A stretch of 47,399 nt of DNA from the NCBI GenBank assembly GCA_032718475.1, contig JAUCBJ010007099.1, positions 1-47,399 on the forward strand. Direction: 5' to 3'. The first letter of the stretch is position 1; every line of letters begins with the position of its first letter. This DNA is from Nemertoderma westbladi (lineage: Eukaryota > Animalia > Xenacoelomorpha). The notes under the pieces are model-generated. The model worked only from the letters and a program-made list of their open reading frames with translations. It was not told where the DNA came from and searched no databases. Below are positions 12,011 through 23,727 of this stretch, in pieces. The translations under genes were made by a program, and so were the position numbers.

Positions 12011-13378
12011 CGTTTAGTTTGTATTTTGTTTGAGTATTCTGTACGGGTAGCGTAATATTTATTATTCAGAGTTTATGCGATTATTCGCAACATTCATGTC
12101 CCCAAGTTTATTCCTACAGTAATTGTGCTTGTTATACATACCGTTATAGTTAAATTAACTCCGGTACTACACGGGCTGCTTGGCGTAGGACATGACTGGT
12201 GACTTTGTGCTCTAGTCACTCCAGCAGATGCCGTGGTTCTTTTAACTGTTCAAGTATATTTAACTACTGATTATTTGTTATACCGGTACTTGTACCTAAT
12301 TTAGGGTTTAGTGTACAGTGCTTTCCGAAGTGATTAGTGTAGGCAGTATATTTGTGTTGTAAAGTGGTTGATAGGCACATTCGTTAGCTCTATTAGCTTC
12401 TGGGTAGGAACAATCCGTGATACATAACGTAGTACCTATAGCGATACGGTTATAGGTCGTCAGGCGGTGGTATTTTTCCTATCTGGACAGTACAATATAT
12501 TTACTACTACTTATTATTTCAAATACCGTAGTACCCTGTCCGTTGTAATAACCAGAATTCTAACCCTTTGTTAGGCTGGTTTGTAGACTTCCTGTAAAAT
12601 TACCCTAAAAATTTCGTACGTAATATTTTTGTTGTGTTTAATTAGAGAATTAATCTCACCCGTATCGTAAGTAATTTGTAGTATTAAGTAACTTAGGTAA
12701 ATTAGAATTATCAGTTTTAGTGTCAAATAAATAGCACTTCACTGAGAGCGTTCAGCTTCTGTGTAGTGACTCCCCCAGAAATAATAACATTTATTTCAAA
12801 TATTGACACAACCCATTTTAAAAGGGTATATATATATTATAAATCAACTCCAACGATTTATAAATAGTAAGCCTGCCATACGACAACTAGGTCTCAATAT
12901 CAGTTGGACTACTGCTTAAATAACGGTAACAAAGTAAGTTAAAGTAACCAAGTAGCCCTAAAATATTCAGAGATTCAATTATTCTAAAATAATTGACATA
13001 CCGGTACTCACTATAGGCTTATTATATTTATCTCTATAAATTTGAGCTGAAATCATACCGGTACTCTGTAATTAATTCTAGTTCATAATTATACTTACAT
13101 GCTGTAAGTGTAAGCTGTATACCGGTATTCATTATAGGCCTACTATATATATATATATATATTTGTGCTAAAATTATATACCGGTACTCTGTGACAAATC
13201 TAGTCTGTAATAATACTTATATATTATAAGCATACCGGTATTCTAATATATTGTGTATATATCACGTTACACCGAGTAACGGTACCGGTAATAAATCGCT
13301 AGGCTTGCGGTCATACTGAATTACTAGACTTGCTTTAACTGAAACTATAGTAGTAGACATTCAACTGTATAACTAAAC

Positions 13379-16300
13379 ATGTCTGACACTCAGCAAAACC
13401 TGTCAGACAGTCTGATCGATACAACTATTTGTGATTCAGATAGGAGTGTGGAGCGAATAAGAAAGGAGTTCGGCTCACCTCCTACTGTAAAAAAGGTCAT
13501 CCCTCCAGTAGTATCAGACCCTAGGCTAGTCCACCATAGGTCCATCATAGGCACTCGGGCACAGGTAAAACGGGACCAAGAGGCAGTTGTCCTATCGCAG
13601 CAACATCTTGGTCAAGAACCTACTTCCCAGCGACCCGATAGCTCCAGCAGTTCGGATACTGTAGAGTTGACTCCCGAACATGGAGTGCAGATGGCTGATA
13701 CAGTCTACTCGGACCCCCTTCTTACTCTTCCTGCTGCAGTGCTAACTACTATATTCATTGCGGTGGAAGAACATCAAGCCGACTGGGCGAAGAATAAGCG
13801 AGCGACCCAAGATAATTACGCGGGATACGCCAGGGAAGAATTGATATCTATTGTTGAATCACAATGGAACTTTCCCGGACTCGGACTCCCGTTGGACCTG
13901 TCCGAGGCTACTTGGGAAGATATACACAGGATGGGAGTGGCACAAGATACAATGGATCCAGCTGTTTGGAAGAGGTCGGCATCAGGATATGTGCAGGGAT
14001 TCTTCGGCTCCTTGGACCGATTGGAAGAACAACTGTTTCGACAACGTCAAGGACCTCAAGAGCAGGAAGAGTTACTATATCAAATACGCGAAAGAACCCT
14101 ACGCATACGACTAATCCTCTCAGCCTTTGAGGAAACTTCCAAAAGAAGACAAGACACGTCGCTGCAGGTTGCTGTCAAAACTTGGTTACATCGGGTAGAT
14201 CTCAAAGTCCAGGAAACGGCCCAGTGGAAATCCCAGCTGGCTGAGAGATCAACCTATGAAGAACCAACTGATGTCACCGAACCAACTGATGTCACCCTTT
14301 CTCAAGCGAAAAGCGAAGAGGCCGCCGAGGAACCGCGAACTAGAGACGCTATCGACATTTATTTGTCCGACTATCAGCGATTCCTAGGAGACGAAGAGTT
14401 GAGGAGACGGCTGTCTGGACTTTCCCCTAATAGTGAAGGAACCAAGCTTGTGTTGGACTCAATCGATGCCGAAATGTTAGCTGCAAACCAAGCTGAATGT
14501 GATGAAAAACTCCGCCTCACTAGAGTCCGAGAAGAACAAATAAAGAAAAGAAGGATAGAGGAACAAAAGGCGGCGGCTATGGCGGCGGCTATAGCAGATG
14601 CAGAAGCAGAAAGAAAAGCAGCAAAGGCGGTGGCAAAGGCAGTGGCAGAAGCAGAAAGGAGAGCATCTGAGCAGACTACCCAACTGGAGTTGGAGAATCT
14701 ACAAGAGACACAAGACAGTATAAATAAACAGTTTACTGCTAATCAAATGCAGATGATGAGAAAATCTACTCCCAAGCGCCAGGGATACACATCCTCGGAG
14801 GAAGGCGATACTACTGATCCTGAAGGCGGAGGAAATAGATCTCATCTAAGTAGGCGTAGAAAAACATATTACCGTCGCAAATTGCCTGATTTGCCCCCAG
14901 CTGCTAAAAGACAGCTAACTAGCACAGATTTAGGTAGTGCAGAACCCATAGAACAATTTATCCAGGTCAAAAGACTCCCTACTATAGTCGATGAACCTGA
15001 AATAATTACGCCTGTAGTTCCCAAAGTCACTTCTGTGCTAGAGACCCCTACACTTCCAGAGCTTAACTCTAAATTCCCTTTACATAGCACTACACTGCCT
15101 GTACCCGGTGGAACAGTCCATGCAAATACCCCTGTCCAGATAGCAGAGAGAGAAATCAATAATTTGTCTCCCGTCGTCCCGCGTCAGCCCGCTACTATGT
15201 TGGCGACTCCCGCTTCGGCGGTTGAGTGGGTGGAAGAGGGACGGCGGGGGATGAATCTCCTGCTAGGACAGATGCAGGAGACTGTCCACCAACTTAAGGG
15301 AACAGTGAGGGAAGGTAGAGCAGAGTTGCAAGAAGTGCAGCAAAGTATCGCGCTAGAACGCGACAAATTAGTCAATATACAAAAAGGCATACCAATGCCC
15401 CCTGTAACATTGTGTCAACCCGTTAGGTCTGAAGTATTACATGCGCAAGGTGTGGAGCCTACACGCATCTATACTGCTAGTGAAGTTGAAACTCCTATAG
15501 CAAACCCTATTAAGGGTGATTATAGACCTGTTATTAATGATATTCCCTATAGACCTGATAATGATCCGAGAAATTTGTATACCGATAATTCGATATTAAA
15601 TAACACGATGGCCCAAGAAAGTTTTACGCGTCAGATGGCTAGAACAGAAGCCCGCCAAGCGGTCAAAGTGGGAGAGATCGTCAAATTCAATGGAGATGAG
15701 ATGAAATGGTCACCTTTCAACGAATATTACAAAGATAGCATACAGAATTCTGTACTATCTAACGGAGAGAAACTTAGATTCCTCATCAAGTGTTTGGAAG
15801 GACCTCCCAAGTTAATGGCGTTAAAGTTTATTGGACATCCAGATGGATTAAGACAAGTTTGGGATACATTAAACATCAGGTATGGTAACAAGGATAACAT
15901 AGCTAAGTATTTGTATGCAAAATTAGTAGCCCCCCGACACTTCCTTAGTAGTGGGATTATAGAGTTTTCCGATGAAATTCAAGAGATCTGTAGACAACTG
16001 GACTGGTTAGGTAAGTCGCACGAATACCAGAGTTCCATGGTTATTGGAGCCGTAGTCTCTACTTTACCAAAGGGTGGAGTATGTACACGCTGGGACAAGA
16101 AAGTGTTGTACATGAATGAACAACAACGACGAAGTCCAACCATGGCTGATCTCATGTCTTTCTTAGATGGTGAAGTCAAACTACAACTCATCAAGCAGTC
16201 CAGAGAGAAAACATCGGAAAATAAGGTAAGTGAGAAACCCACTTCTAGGAGAAGAGTAACACCGGTGTGTTACACTGACGACGGCGAAAGCCAAGCTTCC

Positions 16301-17233
16301 CAAGAAGAGGACAGCGGGAAAGATACAGATCGATCGTATTATGTTGACAAAACCTCCAAGGACGTAAGTAAATACAAAGCTCGAACCAATAATAGGAGAG
16401 AACAAGTTACTAAGACCCCTCCTCAGTCTCCTAGCAGAATGCGCGGAAGAAAGCCCGAAGAAAGAACGAGAGTGCATCAGACTACCCAGGGTAAAGTAAG
16501 TAACATAAAACCTAACTGTGCGCTGTGTGACGGGACCCACCGTTTGAGTGCGTGTGCGGAATTTCTAAAGAAATCCCTTGTAGACAGACGTACAGTTGTG
16601 TGGGACAAGAGGTTATGTTATAATTGCCTCAGACCAGGACACCAACGGCGAACCTGTTACTCCGACATAAAGTGTGAAAAGTGTGGTGCGAAACATCACA
16701 TCTTGTTACATAGTGAGTTCGAACGAGACAAGCCGAGTCAGGTAAGTGAGTCCGAACTACATGTCCAATTCAGTGATGTAAACGACACTGATCAGGAGTC
16801 TGAGATGGAAGGATTTTATACTGACGAATTCTCCGACGCCAATGAATCCTGTTATCTAATAAACACCACGGTGTATCGAGCACTTACTTACGAAAAGGAT
16901 ATCAACGAGGAGTTCCCCCCTACTACTTTTACCAAACAATTATCTTGGAAAGCTCCAACTTCCAACGTAGGAATTAGAGAATTTCCTGTAGTTCAGGTAA
17001 GAGTTCACGGTATTAACAAAAGCTACATAGTGAACGCCCTACTTGACTCAGGCAGCACAGGAACATTCATAGATCAAGAGCTAGCCGAAGATATCTTTGC
17101 TGGACAACCCAAGTTCCGGACTAAATTGAATATGTCAGGAATTATGCAGGTTTGGAAATCTACCCTGATGGTAGATTACTATGTAGGTGTGTTGTCCACC
17201 CCCCAGGATAAGTTAGGAACGCAAGGTCAGTAA
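13379..17233 (+). CDS. gag: BEL/Pao Gag-aspartic protease polyprotein (1284 aa)
   Basis: DUF1759-like region (KFNGDEMKWSPF...LSNGEKLRFLIKCLEG); three BEL knuckles CALCDGTHRLSAC, CYNCLRPGHQRRTC and CEKCGAKHHILLH; protease motif ALLDSGS. Confidence 0.92.
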   Translation: MSDTQQNLSDSLIDTTICDSDRSVERIRKEFGSPPTVKKVIPPVVSDPRLVHHRSIIGTRAQVKRDQEAVVLSQQHLGQEPTSQRPDSSSSSDTVELTPEHGVQMADTVYSDPLLTLPAAVLTTIFIAVEEHQADWAKNKRATQDNYAGYAREELISIVESQWNFPGLGLPLDLSEATWEDIHRMGVAQDTMDPAVWKRSASGYVQGFFGSLDRLEEQLFRQRQGPQEQEELLYQIRERTLRIRLILSAFEETSKRRQDTSLQVAVKTWLHRVDLKVQETAQWKSQLAERSTYEEPTDVTEPTDVTLSQAKSEEAAEEPRTRDAIDIYLSDYQRFLGDEELRRRLSGLSPNSEGTKLVLDSIDAEMLAANQAECDEKLRLTRVREEQIKKRRIEEQKAAAMAAAIADAEAERKAAKAVAKAVAEAERRASEQTTQLELENLQETQDSINKQFTANQMQMMRKSTPKRQGYTSSEEGDTTDPEGGGNRSHLSRRRKTYYRRKLPDLPPAAKRQLTSTDLGSAEPIEQFIQVKRLPTIVDEPEIITPVVPKVTSVLETPTLPELNSKFPLHSTTLPVPGGTVHANTPVQIAEREINNLSPVVPRQPATMLATPASAVEWVEEGRRGMNLLLGQMQETVHQLKGTVREGRAELQEVQQSIALERDKLVNIQKGIPMPPVTLCQPVRSEVLHAQGVEPTRIYTASEVETPIANPIKGDYRPVINDIPYRPDNDPRNLYTDNSILNNTMAQESFTRQMARTEARQAVKVGEIVKFNGDEMKWSPFNEYYKDSIQNSVLSNGEKLRFLIKCLEGPPKLMALKFIGHPDGLRQVWDTLNIRYGNKDNIAKYLYAKLVAPRHFLSSGIIEFSDEIQEICRQLDWLGKSHEYQSSMVIGAVVSTLPKGGVCTRWDKKVLYMNEQQRRSPTMADLMSFLDGEVKLQLIKQSREKTSENKVSEKPTSRRRVTPVCYTDDGESQASQEEDSGKDTDRSYYVDKTSKDVSKYKARTNNRREQVTKTPPQSPSRMRGRKPEERTRVHQTTQGKVSNIKPNCALCDGTHRLSACAEFLKKSLVDRRTVVWDKRLCYNCLRPGHQRRTCYSDIKCEKCGAKHHILLHSEFERDKPSQVSESELHVQFSDVNDTDQESEMEGFYTDEFSDANESCYLINTTVYRALTYEKDINEEFPPTTFTKQLSWKAPTSNVGIREFPVVQVRVHGINKSYIVNALLDSGSTGTFIDQELAEDIFAGQPKFRTKLNMSGIMQVWKSTLMVDYYVGVLSTPQDKLGTQGQ

Positions 17234-17235
17234 AA

Positions 17236-17940
17236 ATGGTGGCTATAAAGAACTTCGCTACTACCCAAGCAGACCTTTACAATTGGGACGAGGATGAGAG
17301 CGTCCAACATCTTAAGATACCTCGATTCCGGACAGACTATCCTGGAGTGCAAATACTTATCGGCCAAAACGCGCACGAGGCGCTCGAAACATTAGAGAAA
17401 CGGCCTGCTCAACCACAACCACTACAAACCTATGCGGTAAGAACTAGAGTAGGTTGGTACTTCACTGGCCCTTCCCGTAGAACTCTCAAAGAGAGATTAC
17501 CTCAACAACAGGTATACCAAGTAAAGGGGGAAGTGGAGAGCAGTGATGTGGACGATCCAACTGAGGGAACACCATACTCCTCAGATAATGACGATATTAA
17601 CTCCAATGTAGATCAATGGAGACATTGCCTTGGGACGATTAATCCAGCCGACATCGCTTCCAGAGGAGCAACTCCTCAAGAACTGATAGATACTCCAGGC
17701 TGGTTAGGTGGATCCGACTTCTTAAGTAAAGAAGAAGAAGAATGGCCTCCTCATCTTACCACGGCGGAGGTTAGACAGGCCAAGGGAGCGGAGAAAGTAA
17801 CACAACCACTCAATCGCCCAGCTAGTCGTTTATGTTTACTGGAAAGAGACCGAAAACTGTCCGGAAACTATGGAAGGCAAGATACTCTTCCTACGACTAC
17901 TTCCCTAATCCGACAAATATCTAGGGACTCCATAACGTGA
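17236..17940 (+). pseudogene. pol remnant: protease C-terminal half fused to the RNase H C-terminus (RT, most of RNase H and integrase deleted)
   Basis: ILIGQN...AVRTRVGWYFTGP is followed by QWRHCLGTINPADIASRG...WLGGSDFL...WP. No RT YxDD and no integrase DDE. Lies in the -1 frame relative to gag. Confidence 0.85.
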
Positions 17941-19564
17941 TAGCATGTGGAGTGGGCGTGTGACTATATCATTTTATATTTGTTTTTATTTTATATTTAT
18001 GTATGTATTATTATGTAATTTTATTATAATCGTTTTCTTTAATTTTATTTAGTAGAATGTTATTTTAGTGATTATTTAGTAGATTAGTGCAATATATTAG
18101 TGTTTATTACGTATGTAATTACTTATAATATATATTTAGTGCGACGGCGAGAAATAATTATTTTTCTCTTTCCTTACTGTCCGTATCATATTATAAATAC
18201 GTGACTACAGTAAGATGAAATGTCCGTACTTATTAAAGTACAATAAAGCTCCTACTATATTCAAGTATTATTGGTAGGCAGAGTATTAGGAATGCAAAGT
18301 TCAGATCCTCGTGTCTCGGCTAAACCAAGCTCTGGGTAGACCTTGGAAACGACTTGCCTCTTCACACTGACATTGCTTCGTGCGATATTGCTCTTCTACC
18401 TTATAACAAATAATACATATAGTAGCGTGATGTCCCTCTAACAGTAGCGTCAATCGCAAATAAATCTGTTAAACTTTTGACCATCTGTAATTCTAGTCGA
18501 TTAAGATATCGTGGCACCCACCGATATACTTGAAAGACAAATTCTAGAATCAGTGGTTAACGTCCCCAGACAAGTTCTGGAATAAATTGGTGCCCATCCT
18601 AAATATTAATTTAATATTTGTTAAAATCTGTAAAATCCCGATCCTTTAAAATTTCTAGTCAATTAAGATATCGCAGTATTTACCGATATTCTTAGAAGGA
18701 CTATTTTATAGAATTAAGGATCCTAAGTCCCCAGATATGCTCTGGAATAAAATTTATGTCAATTTAACATCAAATAATAAAATTCACGGGAATAAATTTA
18801 AATTCATATTCAAATGAATTTCATAAATTGTCATTTTGTGCAATTTATAACATTCCCAAAATTCCAGTAATTAATAGATCATGGGAGCGGAGATTCATAT
18901 TGAGTGTATTAGAGTGCGAGAATCTCCAACATATAGTCAATAGCCGATAAAATTTATAAAATCATGCATAAAGAGGATATTGACAATTAAAGAATTACTA
19001 TTAAATAACATCCCAGATCTGTATGCATGAGAATTGCCCTAATTCTACCGCTAGTTTTCCATAATGTCACCATGGCAACACCCACGCTAGAATTAGAAGC
19101 AAGTTAAAAGGAACAATAAAAAGCTTACCCCATTGCGTAGCATAAGAGTATACATAACGCACTATTAGTATCCAAGGATACATAGTAATAACGTGACATT
19201 CTGGAAGACACTGACTAACGGACAAATGGCATGCATGTGTGCAGTAAGTAATGATTGTATGGAATTTGTGCGTTTATAGGTGAATGTTACTACTAAAGTG
19301 TGTTTACAGTAGCTAATCGCAATTGTAAAATAGCCCTAACTCTACCGAGATAACCTCAAGTGGATTCAAACTTTTGGGACGGACAGTGGTGGGACTTGTG
19401 CCGGTTATCGTTGTCGTGCTGTTGCTACATGTTGGCGTAAACACTGCGACAACGGTACATCGGCGCTGAGAAACCCACTGTCCGGGGGCAAAGCCTAGTA
19501 GGCAGCGACGCCCGCTTGCCTAAATATTAACTCATATTAATATTAATAAACTCAGATAGCAGAT

Positions 19565-21013
19565 ATGACGGAATTGATAGAAGATGACCTTGGTATTAGA
19601 GAGTGATATACTCTACCTTTGCAAGCGTTTGTGGATAGCTTGATACGCGGTGAAGCCGATCCGACTATTACGGAGGACGATGGTCGTTATATCGAACCGC
19701 CGATGTCCCAGGAACAACTTACGCGTGAAGCGGACTATAGAAAATTAACCGCTCGCTATACGCATTGTAATGGTACGTATATGGACTTCTTAACTACCGG
19801 CCATCCTATCGATTTACATGATACGGACGATGTAGACACCGAAAGGGAAATGGTTCTATTTAAATATCATACCCAGCGGCGTCGTAACGATAAACCGAGA
19901 ATAGATCACGAAAATTCTATTCGTAACAGACTGGGAAGACGAACCAATATGTCTAGAATCTGAGGAGATTCAGCCTATCGCGCTCGGAACAGCGACAACG
20001 ATTACATCCTAGAATGGTATCAAAGTCCACAGTGTCTCACTGCGTACGATTATCGCCATGCCAATTATGTTTCTAGACAACGTTGTCGGCTGTGCGCATC
20101 GAGAGACCATATTACGTCTATGGACACCAACGATCTTTGTTCCTATTTCCACGAGCAACCGTCGATGGAAATCTATTGTGCATATTGTCGGCTTAATAAT
20201 TTGCACATTTTTGCTGTCTGCCCCCAATTTATGACTCAATGCCATCATTGTCAATTAAAAGGACACGCCAGCTTTGATTGTCCCTTTAACCATGATTTAG
20301 AGAGCGTAGATGAAATGATTGTACTACGTTATATCAGAGCTTGGGAAGCGAACGCTGATTTACATTGTGATTCACGCCATCGCTATTATCCTGGACGCGC
20401 TTACGAAGGAGTTTATGCGTTCCATCCTTATTTGTTTGCCTCCGTCGAGCAGAAATCGCGCCTATCAAGTTATGAACTATTGAAGCGCGTTGGAGAATGT
20501 ATTTCAACCAAATATGTACGCAAATTTCTCAGGAGCATTAATCCGAGTGACATCCATTCTTATAACTTAATAAACTTTATCCGTCAAGACCCTGCCTATG
20601 GAGACTTATTCGTCAACTCACACCCTGAGTTACAAGAAGTATATCGACGGCCTTACGAGTACCGAGCCCGCGAACGCGAGTTGGAAAGAACCATTAAACC
20701 AAGGAAGTTTTTAACTACCTATGGTCCACCCACGGCCCTCGTGCAGACCACTCGTACAGGACCCGTAAGAGCGGCTGTCTTGAAACGAGCTCTCAAAGCC
20801 GTTAGACCCCTCTCCCCGGACGTTGATGTCAATCAACCCGGTACTTCGACCGGCGGATATACCGATCGCAATCCCATACCTTCTGATGCAATCATATTGC
20901 ACCCTTCACCCAGGAGTTATAGCCCTCCTCGTAAAGTGGCTCGCCCCAAAGAGAAAAGGACTCTTGCTAGCTTTAAAAAACTGCGTAAATGCCGTCCGTG
21001 CAAGAAAGACTAA
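19565..21013 (+). pseudogene. Accessory 3' ORF (about 482 codons) with Cys/His zinc knuckles, interrupted by two in-frame TGA
   Basis: ATG 19565, ORF 19619..19963 and ORF 20120..21013 share one frame. Stops only at 19604 and 19961. Motifs CRLCASRDH...C, CAYCRLNNLHIFAVC and CHHCQLKGHASFDC; basic C-terminus. Confidence 0.7.
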
Positions 21014-21091
21014 CTGTTTAGAGTATTTTTATATTTTAGAAACTGTGATTTTGTATATTTTATAGACTTAAATCCCATTTTCTGGGAGCGG

Positions 21092-22283
21092 TGTAAAAGC
21101 TTTTGTGGGATAACTGATACGTTTGCCTTTGCTGGCCAGTTCCCCCCCAGTCGCTAGAATACTCTCAAAGGGATTTATAACTAAAATAGTGCAAGCTACC
21201 AGCTTATTGGCTGATGTGCTGTACGGAGATATCTGGGCTCAGTTTAATCGGCCAACTAGCTTAGAGAGGTTGCCTTAGCCTTGCTGTTCGTGTCGGCCAA
21301 TAGAATTTGCGTAGGCGTTGATTTCAACCTATCCCAGCGCTACTGAACTGAATTTCCTATCTTTATGCTCATCCTCTGTGTTGAACGGGGCTTCGTGGAA
21401 TAAGAGTTTTTGGTATACTCGTATAGTAGTAGTAGTCATATGATTTTATATGATTCTGTTGTTGTGTTCCCATTTTCGCCATAACACCGGCTTTTTGGGA
21501 AGAACTCTAGTAAAACTGCTTAAATTATCGAAAGTATAAACTGTTACCTAACCTACCGATCAATCTAATCAATCAACCTACCTATTAATCATATTGTTTG
21601 TACTGTTATTTACTGTCAGTTATTAATTGTACCTATTTGTTGATGGAAATATTGCTCTTTGGATAATACGGATAAATCACCCAAATTCCCAATTTTCTTG
21701 ATACACTACAGGTTAGAGAGACCGGCTATACATAACAATTGCGATTTATATTAATGTGGTGTGTATTGAATCCAATGTTATTTAGCAGACCCTACGTGAG
21801 TCAATTGCTGCTCTCTTTATGTGTGATCAAATATACTGACGGTCGGCAGAATAGTGTGTATGATTGTGATTGGTAACAAAGTATTTCCTAAAGAATACGC
21901 TTTATACTTTAATCATAAGCGGTATCGTTGCGTTTTAGTATAAGTCTTAGTTCTGTTTAAATAGATAAAGCGCCACGTCCTAAAGGAACTGTTAATATTT
22001 CCCTAAAGCCAATAATATCTGTCAGAGATTAATTATTAACGATCTATCGAATAATACAGTAGGTATACACTGCAACCTTACACTGCAATAATACAATTTA
22101 AGCAACCGAATTCAGCCTCCCGGGTGTAGATCCATCGGGTGAATGATCGCGCATGGGCTGCCTTCGGCTAATGTTTTGCGTATTAGCATAAAATATTGTC
22201 GTATGCTAAAGGTGTTTTAATTAACTAAAAGACATATAAATTTTGGCGGGTTAAACTGCTAAAGGTCTTCAAAAGCGCGAACA
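21092..22283 (+). repeat. 3' LTR of copy B
   Basis: Direct repeat of 10005-11196, followed by TSD ACGAC. Confidence 0.97.
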
Positions 22284-22927
22284 ACGACTTCTTTAACTTT
22301 ATCAAAATCCCAAACTTGATTTTCCGATTTATCCTTAGTTTGAGTTTCACGTATAATTCTTGTGTATGATGCATAACAATCATCATGGACACACACACCT
22401 TTGGCAATTAAATCTACACTCTGTAACTCCAAAAGTAATTTAGAATCGTTTTGTTGGAAAGCAGCATCTTTTATTCTTTTATCGGCATCAAGAGTTAAAA
22501 TCCGGTGAGCAGATTTCCATTTACTTTTAAAATACCTTCGCCTTTTGTGACAAAAAATGCAAGAATCCGGGAATAAGTCGCGCGAATTCTCCTTATCTGG
22601 ACGATAACGGTTCGGCCTATCCGAATTCCCTCCCAGCATGATGAAATTCTCGTTATCCTGACTCTTTCTTTTTGTGCTGATAGAAATAATTTTAGTAAAT
22701 TTTTTATAGCATGTGTCATCATGAAGTCCATGCTCTTCAGTACTGTAATTATCAATTGGAATAGACTCACATTGGTCCAAATGGTTATTTTCTGGTACTG
22801 CATTATTGATTCTCAAAGTGCGAGCTTGCAAAATTCGTTGGTATTGATGCTGAGTAATTGGTTTTATAGGTTTTAATATGTTGATGTCTTATAGTGTACA
22901 ATGCAAACTGGTTTGGATGTAGTCAGG
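22284..22927 (-). pseudogene. Academ-type transposon 1, N-terminal part
   Basis: CIFCHK...DLIAKGVCVHDDCYASY. Removing the LTR element and one TSD restores the frame: DKVKEVV-NNQIIHREGILSILNLHKAYG. Confidence 0.75.
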
Positions 22928-23684
22928 TAGACAGAGGGGTCCACCGTGACTTTGGGTCATCACGCATTTTTATTTGCTTAAAATTTAGTCGGACCTTAGA
23001 GTAATCAAAATCCGTCGGGTGCCACTTCGGCACCTTTGGGGAACTTTTTATAAAGCACTTAACCTAAGTTTCCATAGCAACCGGCATACAAGGTTTTATT
23101 TTGAGATATCTGCGACCTTGCACCTATTGCCACAGCTCTTATTAATTATTCTGAATAAGATTTCTAGAAGATTAGTTCCCATAGCAACATTATTAATCAT
23201 AAATTTTGGCCTTTGGGATGTTTATTAAGATATGCCAACTATTAAACTTTAGATTATTTATGTAACTATTTATAAAATCAAACAATTATCATCACTGGGG
23301 GGTTATTAATCACATTTAGTTTTTCATTTAATTAGATGAGTTAGTTTTTTCCTTTCAAATTCAAATTTTGACGTTTATCTATCCAACGTTTGCAGAAAAT
23401 AGGTACAGTAGATTCAATGTGCCATCATTCTTTACTGATTATTGATAGTAACAATGTGTTGGCAAGCTGTATTTTTCGAGGTGTTTGTTATTATACATTT
23501 TATTATAAGAAGGGATCTAGGGGTCTTAACCTCGAATGATAAGTTTATTTTACCGAAATTAACTTATCTTTTATTGGCGCAATTGTAGGACTAATCCCAT
23601 CACATGCGTACTTTTTTACCGGGTAGTGTACAAATTTAGGAATCGCGTAATTTTTCTTGAAATTAATATCTCATATCTCTCCAA

Positions 23685-23727
23685 ACCACGTACGCGTTTC
23701 GACCTTACTGGGTCTCATCAGCGTGGT
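23685..23727 (-). ncRNA. Minimal type I hammerhead ribozyme
   Basis: ACCACG-CUGAUGA-GACC(CAGUAA)GGUC-GAA-ACGCGU-A^-CGUGGU: full catalytic core, 6-bp stem I, 4-bp stem II, palindromic stem III, GUA cleavage triplet. Confidence 0.88.

Larger units (their letters stand above)
10005..22283 (+). mobile_element. Full-length non-autonomous BEL/Pao LTR retrotransposon, copy B
   Basis: Two 1192-bp TG...CA LTRs; 5-bp TSD ACGAC (10000-10004 and 22284-22288); PPT-like TGGGAGCGG before the 3' LTR; BEL-type gag, protease and RNase H remnant. Confidence 0.95.

Noticed and set aside
17200-17240. Programmed -1 frameshift between gag-PR and the pol remnant
   Set aside because: No X XXY YYZ slippery site in the usable interval. 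BEL elements normally have one ORF, so an indel is more likely.
19604-19963. Selenocysteine or alternative genetic code at the two TGA codons
   Set aside because: No SECIS recognised; CGA>TGA CpG decay is simpler, and TGG is used for Trp throughout.
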